Source: Mobula hypostoma
Taxonomy: Eukaryota
Direction of reading: 5' to 3'
Length of the DNA stretch: 64,000 nt
NCBI RefSeq assembly: GCF_963921235.1
Contig: NC_086116.1
Location: forward strand, 60,266,001-60,330,000
In this document: positions 50,461 through 62,545 of the stretch, one piece after another
Layout of the letters: every line of letters begins with the position of its first letter
Numbering within the stretch: the first letter of the stretch is position 1
Made by a program: the position numbers and the translations under genes
Notes under the pieces: model-generated
Database searches by the model: none
Told to the model about the DNA's origin: nothing
What the model saw: the letters and a program-made list of their open reading frames with translations, nothing else

Positions 50461-52569
50461 CTGCACCTTAAATGAAGATCTTCTAACTGTTGGAGGAAGA
50501 GTCCACTATATAAATTTCAGTTTTCTGACAGGAATAAATTATCCGTAGTCCCTGACTTCGGTAGGAAACGAAGTGACCCCTTCATTTACTGGTATTGATT
50601 CAACATTCCAAGGGCCATTGTAACACCAGAAATTACTGCATGAACAACCTGCTCAATAGACACAGTAAGTGAATTACCACCTTTGCATGAAAGCCTCGTG
50701 TTTCGATATGCACAATGGAAAGTGCTTTAATAAAATAAAGACGCAAGTAATTCTTATGCTGTATATTTGCAATGCTAACCCATCTCTTATTTGAGATGTT
50801 GGTTGACCTACCATCCACCTTGCCTACATATTTTATCTGCAGTGCTGAATTCTATCTCCCAGTTATTTTAAATTTCAGTAAAAAAGCAGATGAAGCAAAA
50901 CAGATAACATATTCTCACTAGCACTCATGAAATGAACTCATGGCTATTTATCAATACATCCTATTTAGTACTTAATGTTTTCTTACTGCCGTTCCACAAA
51001 AATAAAAGACAACTGTGGCAATTTAACACAGTGGTAGCTGATCAGGAAATTGTGTAAAGAGTTTATTCATCAACCCAGGTTAGAGTTCTATATTTGGCTC
51101 AGTAGGGAGGAAAATAGATTGGTCTGAACTACGGCAGACCTTTGAATGTTGTCCACAAATGAGTATGTTAAATGAATGTCAAAATGCACCAAGAAATAAT
51201 AATATCTGGAAAGAACAGAGATGCGAGTAGAAAGAGAGAAACAGGAGGGATGGGTACCAAACCAACATAGATTTGGTGGAGTGGCAGGTACAATGATTAT
51301 GGTGTTTTGGGAATGGCAAGGTAGGTTGGTATATAGGGGACAGCCAGGAAGGAGGGTAAAGGTGGATGGTGGCAGTGGGGAGAAAAAGAATTACTGTACA
51401 CACATCCCTATCTAATTATGTTTTAAAGGGTTGTAGTAATTCCAATTGTGATCCGTACTTTGCTGTGGTCAAGGTTACAGTAGTCTGTTAACTAAAGCGG
51501 CCATATATTCAGAGTGAAATAGAATATGTAAAATGTAAGCACCAAGTATTGGCTAAAAATACCACAATGGCATTTAAGTTTAATGTAATTAAATCATAAG
51601 TAATTCACTGCAAATGTGCATTTTGATGACTTGTGCCAAAAGCTTATTGAAAGTGCTTTCAGTTGGAGATGCAGTGGTGGAAGGGATGCAGGAGAGAGCT
51701 GCTGCAGTCCTTGTGAACAATAGTCAACATTAGGTATTTGCAGAACAGGACCTCAACCGCTGCTCCGTTTTGCTTCAATTGGAAAATTGTCAAAGATAAA
51801 ATTGGATGTTATGAAAATATTTACAATAGGCAAACAGTGCCACTTATGAATAAAACGTGATGCTACGTTGTGCAGATAAATCAATACACGGGAATTGGAA
51901 AACTGCGCAAGAAATGAGGAAATGTAACATTCTCACAAGGACAGAGTTTCTATAGCAACTGCAATGACTTCAATTCATAAACAGACTGCCTGATTCATTG
52001 AGTCAACAGAAATAACCACTGTGGTGTGCAATCTTTTTAATTCAACTTTTAAATTATAGGATACCATAAAGTAGTTTTCTTGACATTTAATTCTTAATTT
52101 GAATAATATTTGAAGCTATTACTCTGTATTTAAAAGAAGCAAGAATTTGCTCAAATTATTACAGCTCCTCTATTGGGGCATTTTATATTCTTGGACAATA
52201 CTGTAAATGAGACCGGGAATGAAAGGAGTAAATTTCAACAAAATTACAAAATAACAAAGTAACTTGTGATGAAGAGAGGCACGAAATATTCCAATGAAGG
52301 CTCAAAAAATACCAGCACAAAAGACAGAGAGGGGTGGGAATTTGTGGAATGTACAAAGGAAATCAACATAATAATTGTTTTAAAAACCCTTTAGGATAAA
52401 GTACGTGGATAATGGAAGCAGATTGACCATCCACCCAAATATAGTATGATCAAAAATGCTAAGTGATTGCAGGTCAGCACTTGGACACCAAAGATGGCAG
52501 TCACACGATCCAACTTCACTCTTCTGATCTCAGTCCCCTCTTCTAGTGAGTAACCTAGAAACATTTGAG

Positions 52570-53418
52570 CTCTCTATGATGATGGAAGGGCATACAGGAG
52601 CGAGATATACCAGGTAGTTGAGTGGTATCGCAGCATCAACCTTGCCCTCCATGTCAGTAAGATGAAATAACTGATGTGGGCTTCAGAAAGGGTAAAATGA
52701 GGGAATCCACACCAGTCCTCATAGAGGGGTCAGGAGTGGAAAAAACTGTACAATTTCAAGATCCTGGGTGTCAGTGTCTCTGAGGACCTAACCTGCATCC
52801 AACATACTGATGCAGCTATAAAGAAGGCACAAAAGCGGCCATGTTTCATTAGGAGTTTAAGGAGATTTAGTATGCCACCTAAAACATTTGCAAATTTCTA
52901 CAGATGTACTTTGGAGCGCATTCTAACTGGCTGCATCACCATCTGGTATGGGGGGGGCGTGGCCACTGCACAGGGTCGAAGTAAGCTGCAGAGAGTTGTA
53001 AAATTAGTCAACTCCATCATCTGCAATAGCCTCCTAGTATCCAGGACATCTGCAAGGAGCCATACCTCAAAAACGCAACGTCCATCATTAAGGACCCCCG
53101 TCACCCAGGGACATGCCCTCTTCTCATTGCTACTATCAGGAAGGAGGTACAGGAATCTAAAGACACACATACACAGAGTGATTCAAGAACACCTTCTTCC
53201 TCTCTGCCATCCAATTTCTGAATGGTCATTAAACCATGAATACTTCCTCACTACTTTTTATTTCTTTTTTTTTGCATTACTTATTTAGTTTAACTATTTT
53301 ATCTATATATATTGTAATACTCATTTTTCCTCTACTATTTTGTATTGCATCATACTGTGTTGCAAAGTAAACAAATTTCACGACATATGCCGATGATATT
53401 AAACTTGATTCTGATTCT
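52570..53418 (+). mobile_element. Rex1/Babar-type LINE 3' part
   Basis: NFYRCTLERILTGCITIWYG...LQRVVK...LLSGRRYR in ORF 52872-53288; (ctgatt)n tail. Confidence 0.8.
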
Positions 53419-54703
53419 GTGTTGTTCTCATGAGCCAAATGGTCACCAAGCTTCTTAGAAAGGTAGGATAGCAGTGGAACAGGAGGATGACAAACACAAG
53501 GAAAAAGAGAAAAATAAAAATGTCAAATCATCTCAATGGGCATTGGCAGAGGCATGGGAGATCAATGAGAATGCCCCTGTAGAACACAGCAATGTCTCAC
53601 ATGGTGACTGGATGGCCATAAAATGGAACCCATCAGGAGCCCAGACTGCAATATCTTTTATTAGTTAAAGGTCAGATGCAGAGAGTTCCTAAAAAAGAAA
53701 CACCTTGCTCGCAGCCCCAGTCTGGTTGTTCCAACTGTGTTGTATTCAGGGCCGCTCCAGGAATTCATGCTTTGTTACAGTTACAAAGAGATTATTGAAA
53801 AGCAATGCAAATGGATAGTACTTTTCAAGTAAAATCAGCTGCTTTCAAAAATAAAATGGTGAGTAAGATGATGTAACAATAGCATCAAAAATATTATCAC
53901 TATGACAATTTTTTAACTGCTAATCATGAAATAGGAAAAAGGAAACATCAAAGGCCACTCAGCTTCCTTTCAAGTATGCATTACTAATACTATATAACAG
54001 GCATGCCTGCAAGTCAGACATCGTTTAGATCTTTGAGAAATAGTAAATATATTTTATAAGTTTTCAATGTATTTACATTAAAAGAAAAGCTATGAAAGTG
54101 AGATATCTCATATACTGTTTGAGAGAGAACAATTGATTGAAAATAAAGACTCCTACAGGAAATAAAGATTTGAAAAGCTTCAGTACAGGACCTATGAGCT
54201 GAAATCATTGATGTCAATGCATTGATCTTGATTTACTGATTCTAAGCGTAGCAGGTAGCACGATTAAGCAAACTGATCAAGCTGATTATGTAAAATCAAT
54301 ATAAGAACATAATAAGAAATAGGAGCAGGAGTAGGCCATCCGGCCCATTGAGCCTGCCCTGCCATTCAATGAGGTCATGGCTGATCTGTCAGTAAACCCA
54401 GCTCCACCTACCTGCCTTTTCCCCATAACCCTTAATTCCCCTACTATGTAAAAATCTATCTAACTGTATCTTAAGTATATTTAGTGAAGAAGCCTCAACT
54501 GCTTCCCTGGGCAGAGAATTCCACAGATTCACCATCCTCTGGGAAAAACAGTTTCTCCTCATCTCCGTCCTAAATCTTCTGCCCTGAATCTTGAAGCAAT
54601 GTCCCCTCGTTCTAGTCTCACCTACCAATGGAAATAACTTTTCTACTTCTATCTTATCTATCCCTTTCAAAATTTTGTATGTTTCTATAAGATCCCCTCT
54701 CAT

Positions 54704-56284
54704 AAGCATGTTGAAATTAAGGGAGAGGAGGTGTTGGAGTTGTTAAAATACATTAAGACGGATAAGCCCCCGGGGCCTGATGGAATATTCCCCAGGCTGC
54801 TCCACGAGGTGAGGGAAGAGATTGCTGAGCTTCTGGCTAGGATCCTTATGAGCTCGTTGTCCACTGGAATGGTACCAGAGGATTGGAGGGAGGTGAATGT
54901 GGTCCCCTTGTTCAAAAAAGATAGTAGGGATAGTCCGGGTAATTATAGACCAGTAAGCGTTACGTCTGTGGTGGGAAAGCTGTTGGAAAAGATTCTTAAA
55001 GATAGGATCTATGGGCATTTAGAGAATCATGGTCTGATCAGGGACAGTCAGCATGGGTTTGTGAAGGGCAGATTGTGTCCAACAAGCCTGATAGAGTTCT
55101 TTGAGGAGGTGACCAGGCATATAGATGAGGGTAGTGCAGTGGATGTGATCTACATGGATTTTAGTAAGGCATTTGACACAGTTCCACACGGTAGCCTTAT
55201 TCAGAAAGTCAGAAGTCATGGGATCCAGGGAAGTTTTGCCAGTTGGATTCAGAATTGGCTTGCCTGCAGAAAGCAGAGGGTCATGGTGGAGGGAGTACGT
55301 TTGGATTGGACAGTTGTGGCTAGTGGTGTCCCACAAGGATTGGTTCTGGGACCTCTACTTTTGGTGATTTTTATTAACGACCTGGATGTGGGAGTAGAAG
55401 GGTGGGTTGGCAAGTTTGCAGAGGACACAAAGGTTGTGTTGTAGATAGTGTAGAGGATTGTCAAAGATTGCAGAGAGACATTGATAGGATGCAGAAGTGG
55501 GCTGAGAAGTGGCAGATGGAGATCAACCCGGAGAAGTGTGAGGTGGTACACTTTGGAAGGACAAACTCCAAGGCAGAGTACAAAGTAAATGGCAGGATAT
55601 TTGGAAGTGTGGAGGAGTAGAGGGATCTGGGGGTACATGTCCACAGATCCCTGAAAGTTGCCTTACAGGTGGATAGGGTAGTTAAGAAAGCTTATGGAGA
55701 AAGCTTTCATAAGTCGAGGGATAGAGTTTAAGAGTCGTGAGGTAATGATGCAGCTCTATAAAACAATGGTTAGGCCACACTTGGAGTACTGTGTCCAGTT
55801 CTGGTCACCTCACTATATGAAGGATGTGGAAGTATTGGAAAGGGTACAGAGGAGATTTACCAGGATGCTGCCTGGTTTAGAGAGTATGCATTTTGATCAG
55901 AGATTAAGGGAGCTAGGACTTTACTCTTTGGAGAGAAGGAGGATGAGAGGAGACATGATAGAGGTATACAAGATATTAAGAAGAATAGATAGAGTGGTCA
56001 GTCAGCACCTCTTCCCCAGGGCACCACTGCTCAGTACAAGAGGACATGGCTTTAAGGTAAGGGGTGGGAAGTTCAAGGGGGATATTAGGGCAAAGATTTT
56101 TTACTCAAAGGGTGGTTGGTGTGTGGAATGCACTGCCTGAGTCAGATACACTAGTGAAATTTAAGAGACTACTAGACAGGTGTATGGAGGAATGTAAAGT
56201 GGGGGGTTATATGGGAGGCAGGGTTTAAGGGTCAGCACAACATTGTGGACTGAAGGGCCTGTACTATGCTGTACTGTTCTATGT
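54704..56284 (+). mobile_element. Second CR1 LINE (RT to 3' tail) inserted in the opposite orientation
   Basis: ORFs 54731-55444 and 55694-56140 carry NYRPVSVT, DFSKAFD and GVPQG; tail gtactgttctatgttct; host sequence resumes at tcttctgaattcc. Confidence 0.9.
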
Positions 56285-57201
56285 TCTTCTGAATTCCAGA
56301 GAGTATAGTCCCAGGCGATTCCATCTCTCCTCATAGGTTAACTCATTCATCTCTGGAATCAACCTGGTGAACCTCCTCTGCACTGCCTTTAAAACCAGTA
56401 TATCCTTCCTCAAGTATGGAGACCCGAACTGCACGCAGTACTCCAGGTGTGGCCTCACCAGTACCCTGTATAGTTGCAGCATGACCTCCCTGCTCTTGAA
56501 TTCAATCCCTCCTGCAATGAAGGCCAACATTCCATTAGCCTTCTTAATAACCTGTTGTATCTGCAAGCCAACTTTTTGCGATTCATGAACAAGCATTCCC
56601 AAGTCCTTCTGCACAACAGCATGCTGCAATCTTTCACCATTTAAATAATAATCTGCTCTTCTATTATTCCTTCCAAAGTGGATGATCTCGCATTTACCAA
56701 CGTTGTATTCCATCTGCCAGACCTTGGCCCACTCACTTAACCTATCTATATCCCTCTGCAGACTCTCCACATCCTCTGTACAATTTGCTTTTCCACTCAG
56801 CTTAATGTCATCAGCAAATTTTCCTACAGTACACTTAGTCCCCTCTTCCAAATCATCAATGTAAATTAGTGGTCACCAACCTTTTTAAGCTCAAGATCCC
56901 CTACCTCGACTTCAGTGAAAGGCAAGATCTACCTACTAAATCGTTTAGAAAAAAAAGCAGCTCAGATTGTACTTCCAATTTGAGGCCTTTTATTTGGGCT
57001 AATTGTATTTGAATTACACAAAATACTTTTGTCAAACTGTCAAATTAATTCAAACGAGAAAACACTGTAATTAGCATATCAAACAGGCCATAGCTGTCTT
57101 TCTTTAAGAATATTACAATACTTCACACCTTTAATTCTAAGTTTCATTATTTAATTTTATTTCAACACGAAAAATAAATGAACAAAAATTGGCTTTTGCA
57201 C

Positions 57202-59065
57202 TCAGGGTGATGACTGGGACTGAATACTTTCTGCTGGTTCCCCGAAGTTTGGCTGATAACTACAGACAGCCAGTCTGAGACAGTCTGTGAGGTGTCTGTC
57301 AGTAAGACAGCTCCTGTACTTAGATTTAATAATGTTCATCTGTGAAAATGCAATTTCACATAGATAAGTTGACCCAAAGTAGGCACTGACTTTTAGTGCT
57401 ATAAAACCAACACGCACACCGCGCATTGCTGGGGCCCCATCAGTAGTAATTGCCACCTGTTTATGAATGGGGATGTCATTTTCACGGACATATTTTTAAA
57501 ACTCACTGTAAGTATCCTCACCTCTCGTTCTCTCCTTTAATTGCAAAAGAGTGAGGAAGTCCTCCTTTGTTGTAAAATCCTGGAAAGCCATTCTGAGAAA
57601 TACAACAAGCTGAGCTGCTTGCATTACATCCAGGGATTCATCGAACTGTAGTGAAAAATATTCACAGAATGACAAGTCCTTTAACACTTGTAGATCCATG
57701 TTCTCTGACAGTGACTTTACCTTCCTTGTCACTGTTGCAGGGCCAAGCGGTATATTATATATTGCGGTTGTGATGTCGTTTTTGTTTTTAAAGTCATTAA
57801 AAACAGTCTTTGCAGTAATGGCCATTGCTTCCTTGAATAAGTCGCCATCTGTAAAAGGCTTCTTGTGTTTAGCCAAAAGGTAACTTATACTTTATACTTT
57901 ATTGTCACCAAACAATTGATACGAGAACATACAATCATCATAGCGATATTTAATTCTGCACTTTCCGCTCCCTGGATTACAAATCGATAATATTAAAAAT
58001 TTAAATTATAAATCATAAATAGAAAATAGAAAAATGGAAAGTAAGGTAGTGCAAAAAAACCGAGATGCACGTCCGGATATTTGGAGGGTCCGGGTCAGGA
58101 TCCGTTCAGCAGTCTTATCACAGTTGGAAAGAAGCTGTTCCCAAATCTGGCCGTACAGGTCTTCAAGCTCCTGAGCCTTCTCCCGGAGGGAAGAGGGACA
58201 AAAAGTGTGTTGGCTGGGTGGGTCGTGTCCTTGATTATCCTGGCAGCACTGCTATGACAGCGTGCGGTGTAAAGTGAGTCCAAGGACGGAAGATTGGTTT
58301 GTGTGATGTGCTGCGCCCTGTTCACGATCTTCTGCAGCTTCTTCTGGTCTTGGACAGGACAACTTCCATTCCAGGTTGTGGTGCACCCTAGAAGAATGCT
58401 TTCTACGGTGCATAAAAATTCGTGAGGGTTTTAGGGGACAGGCCAAATTTCTTTAGTTTTCTCAGGAAGTAAAGGCGCTGGTGGGCCTTCTTGCCAGTGG
58501 ACTCTGCTTGGTTGGACCAAGTCAGGTCATTTGTGATATTGATCCGGAGGAACTTATAAAGCTTTTGACCTGTTCCACTTGCGCACCACCAATGTAAATT
58601 CTGAATGTGCTCTTTCTGAAGTCAACAACCAATTCCTTCGTCTTGCTGACGTTGAGGGATAGGTTATTGTCCTCGCACCATGCCACCAGGTTCTTAATTT
58701 CCTCTCTGTACTCAAACTCATCATTACCTGAGATACGACCTACAATTGTTGTGTCATCAGCAAACTTATACATTGAGTTTGATGAAAACTTGGCTACACA
58801 ATTGTGGGTGTACAGTGAGTACAGCAGGGAGCTGAGTACACAGCCTTGTGGGGCACCGATGCTCAGAGTGATTGTAGAGGAGAGCTTGTCCCCTATTTTT
58901 ACAGCCTGGGTCCTGTCTGTGAGGAAGTTGAAGATCCAGCTGCAGAAATGATGCTTCAATAGCAGCCTTATTTTGAGCAGTATGTTTTGTGAAAAACGAT
59001 TGCTGGGCCTTTAACCCTGATTTCAGCTCCTCAGCTTTCCAGGCATGAATTGCGCTCTTTGGGGG
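57202..59065 (-). pseudogene. hAT transposase remnants (57202-57887 and 58947-59065)
   Basis: LKAQQSFF...AAIEASF joined across the Rex1 insertion to SYLLAKHKKPFTDG; FSLQFDES, TTDGAPAMRG, FGSTYLCEIAFSQMNIIKSKYRSCLTD (GTF2IRD2/Charlie-like motifs). Confidence 0.85.
57888..58946 (-). mobile_element. Rex1/Babar LINE, 5'-truncated, inserted in the hAT transposase
   Basis: (tacttta)n tail; GAPQGCVLS, KFADD, LNVSKTKELVVDFR, LPSGRRLRS. Confidence 0.88.
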
Positions 59066-59066
59066 G

Positions 59067-59315
59067 TTAAAGTTAAAGTCTGTCCTGAGCCTTGTGGCCC
59101 ATCAGGCCAGTGCTTATGCCAGTTTCTGTGGTGACTGCCGATTGCGTCGCCTCTGATCTGGGCCGACATTTACGTGCTGGGTGGCACCTAATTAATTAGC
59201 TTGTTTATTTTGGCTTTGTTTCTTAAAGATGTGCTGGGTGGGTTCCGGCTACTGCTGCATCCCTTCATGCTTCGCAGCCCGGTATCAGTCCACGGCCCAA
59301 AGGTTGGGGACACTG
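59067..59315 (-). mobile_element. SINE tail (59067-59130) plus one end of a second hAT-type element (to 59315)
   Basis: 59067-59130 is the reverse complement of 39685-39745; minus-strand cagtgtccccaacctttgggccgtggac resembles a Charlie-type TIR end. Confidence 0.55.
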
Positions 59316-60537
59316 CCGTATATTGATGTTTGCGACAGTCTGTACTCTTATCTAATCTAATTGGTCACTTTGATACAGCACAAGCTATGCTGAAAACGCA
59401 GTGCATGGTGGGGGAGCTACACACATGCGCACTGGGCAGAAAGAACGGAACTAAAATCCCGCAACCCGGAAACAATCGCTCTTTACAAACAGCGTTCAAT
59501 AGCAAAAGTATTCCTAAATTACCATTATCCTGATTAGTATTACTTATTTTTATGATGCTCACATTATAACAGTATTTGTGTATTTATTTTTGATTTCTTT
59601 CGGGATCTACTGGGAAAGTCTCAAAGATCAACTGGTCAATCGCAATCGATGGGTTGGCGACCCCTTATGTAAATGGTACACAGCTGCGGCCCAGTACCGC
59701 ACCCTGCGGCACCCCACTCACCTCAGACTGCCAACCGGAGAAACACCCATTTATACCAAATCTCTGCCTTCTATTGGTTAACCAATCCACTATCCATGCC
59801 AACACACTACCTCTGACTCCATGCATCCATATCTTATTTATAAGTCTCTTGTGCGGCACCTTATTGAACACCTTCTGGAAATCCAAGTATATAACATCCA
59901 CCTGTTCCCCTCTATCCACTGCACTCATTATGTCCTCAAAGAACTCCAGTATGTTTGTCAAACAGGACCTGCCCTTTCTGAATCCATGCTGCATCTGTCT
60001 GACTAATGGAACTACTCCTTTCAAAATGTTTCACTATTTCTTCCTTAATGACAGCTTCAGGCATTTTCCTGACTAGAGATGTTAAGCTAACTGGCCTTTA
60101 GTTGCCTTTCTTTTTGCCTACATCCTTTTTTTAAAAGTCTTGTGACATTTGCTGTCTTCCAATCCACCAGGACCTGCCCAGAGTCTAGAGAATCTTGGTA
60201 AATGATTACCAATGTGACTAGTTATAACCTCCACCAGTTCCCTCAGCACCCTGGGATGCATCCCTTCAGAACCGTATGGAAAGGAATATGCTGGATAAAT
60301 TTGAGTATTGTATTGTAGGTAATGGGGAAGCATGTTTAAACTTTAAGGCTCTTCAACAAAATAAGGGCTTATGTCATTGAAAAGGGTTGCATTGGATGGG
60401 AGTTTAGTGAACGTCAGTAGACTGACAATTTGCTAATTTTCAGACTGGTAGGGGGTAACTGGTGGATGCCACAAGATTTGCTGCTTGAGGTTCAGTTATT
60501 TACAACCTACATCAAGGATAGTTGCTGAAAGATAGTT

Positions 60538-60573
60538 AGTCCTGACGAAGGGTCTCAGCCTGAAACGTCGACT
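60538..60573 (+). ncRNA. Minimal type-I hammerhead ribozyme motif (predicted)
   Basis: Stem I AGTC(60538-41)/GACT(60570-73); core CTGACGA (60542-48); stem II AGG...CCT (60549-61); GAAA (60562-65); palindromic ACGT stem III; GTC cleavage triplet ending at 60569. Confidence 0.75.
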
Positions 60574-60672
60574 GCGCCTCTTCCTATAGATGCTGCCTGG
60601 CCTGCTGCGTTCACCAGCAACTTTGATGTATGTTGCTTGAATTTCCAGCATCTGCAGAATTCCTGTTGTTTG
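60538..60672 (+). mobile_element. 135-bp hammerhead-bearing PLE-derived retroposed insertion
   Basis: Perfect 15-bp TSD tgctgaaagatagtt (60523-60537 and 60673-60687); begins at hammerhead stem I and ends with the family 3' terminus. Confidence 0.9.
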
Positions 60673-62228
60673 TGCTGAAAGATAGTTTGTCTTAACAAGA
60701 ACCAGGTCTCCAAATGAGGGAAATGATCTCTGGAACTAACAGCTTGAGGGGTCGTTTCAGAGGGCTATGAGCCTTAGGAATTCTGTACCCCATGGGGCAG
60801 TGGGTACTTCATTGTTGCATCTACTCAAAGCTGAGAGCAATAGGTTTTTAGCATTCAGTGGAATCAAGAGATATAATAAATCAGCAAATAAACTGAATTA
60901 GGGAAAATGATAGGACATACCGGTAATCTTGTGTGGTAGAGCATATCTAAGGAGCCTTCCTTCTATTTATATTGTTATGCTAGTATTCAAGAGTGTGCAG
61001 ATGCCAGAAAATGTTGATACTGAATGTAGGGAGTAATATACAACAAACAGACTTCAGACTAAAGGATCAGATTGCACATGGCATGGCCCATCAGCATCAC
61101 AAGATTGGGTTTGGAGTTTCTGCACAAGCAAACATAAAACGCTGTAGAGACGAAACTGAACAAGTTGTTGTTTCAAGACATTGAAGGTGCCTGTGAGTTT
61201 CAGAGTCGCAAATACAAACTATCGTGGAAGAAGGCACTACTGATCATGGATAAGATATAGTTTTGAAATGTTACCCTGCCTCTCCTCCCCCACCCCCCAC
61301 CAGCTAGATACATGTCCTCTGATATTTGCCATTTCTGTCGTAGGGAAACAATTTTGACATTATTGCCTCAGGCAAATTCATAAAAGGCAGTCAATATGAT
61401 GCAGTGTCTCGATGCAAGAAATTGACCATCGCTTTGTCTCCACAGATGCTGCTTGACTTGCGCCATTTTAATTTGGATTCAGTTTCCTGCATCTCCCCAA
61501 TCAGTTGCTTGCGTCACGGAGATCAGAAAACGCATCATCCTTCATTGCCTCTCTTTTGCACTATCCCCATATCCCTCGATTGTCTTAATTTCCAAATACT
61601 TATTACTCTCAGTATATTGTCATTAACCGTTAATGTAATGGACAGCATTGTTAAAACCAGGCACAAGTGATTGCTAATCTGTGTGTTTGTGCAAGTGAAG
61701 TTATGACAATGTAGACGTGCAGTGTCTGGCAAATTGTCAGTATGAATCCATGTATCAGAAAGTTGAGGATCAGAGTAGGGAAAAGACAAGTTAGAAAATG
61801 AGAAATCATTTCCCGAAAGATTATAAAATCTAATACTTAACTTTGGGTTGGCTAATGTAGAGAGCAAAGTGTTCAATCATACAAGCCAGCTGAAGTCTAG
61901 GTTCCTTTACCCACACTTTGCCATTATGAGCAGAAGTACATTAATTGGCTTCAGATTAATAGTGACCACAAGTCTGCACCTGCTGTCTAAGTTAGCCCTT
62001 TTAGAATTTTTGTGCATGAGTAGGATTTTGCTCAACTGCAATGACATCTTTGGTCAGACAGCTTTTCAAAACTGACAGAAGTCTTACCTGCAAGGAATTG
62101 CCACTGAGGTGAGAGATCAAGAATCCTCAAAATTCTGTAGAAAGCAGAAGTTTTCAGAATGTGAACAGAGGAAAGGTCTTTTGCACAACAATTGTAAACT
62201 GCAACTTATAAACTCCACTAAAAAAGGG

Positions 62229-62545
62229 TGGCTGTTAGCACAGCAGTTAGCACAATCGTGTTACAGTGCTGGCATTCGCTGATCTTCGATTCCCATTGCT
62301 CTCTGTAAGGAACTTGTTCATTCTCCCCATAACTGTGTGGGTTTCCTCCAGGTGCTCTGGTTTCCTCCTGCATTTCAAAGTCATGGTTAGAGTTAGTGAG
62401 TTGCGGACATGCTGTGTTGGTGTTGGAAGCAGGGTGACACTTGCTGGCTGTCCTAGTACAATTCTCAGACTGTGTTAGTTGTTGACGCAAACGCCACATT
62501 TCATTGTAGTTTCAGTGTGCATGTGGCAAATAAAGCTAATTGCTT
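62229..62545 (+). mobile_element. V-SINE, second family (tRNA head, V domain, alternative tail)
   Basis: gcacagcagttagcacaatcgtgttacag...ttcgattccc...tgggtttcctccaggtgctctggtttcctcc...catgctgtgttggtgttggaagc...aaataaagctaat. Confidence 0.75.

Larger units (their letters stand above)
56867..59666 (-). mobile_element. hAT (Charlie/Buster-type) DNA transposon, internally deleted, with nested insertions
   Basis: TIRs tagtggtcaccaacc / gggttggcgacccctt; perfect 8-bp TSD atgtaaat (56859-56866 and 59667-59674). Confidence 0.9.
54302..60270 (-). mobile_element. Host CR1 LINE in three pieces (54302-54703, 56285-56866, 59667-~60270)
   Basis: Collinear RT pieces: DFQKVFNKVPH and SGVPQGAVLG (59665-60024), KFADD and RPHLEYCVQF (56279-56851), RGDLIETYKI (54389-54709), and a 3' tail. 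Confidence 0.9.

Noticed and set aside
57202..57876. Host GTF2IRD2/ZBED-like domesticated gene
   Set aside because: Enclosed by TIRs and a TSD, internally deleted and interrupted by a LINE
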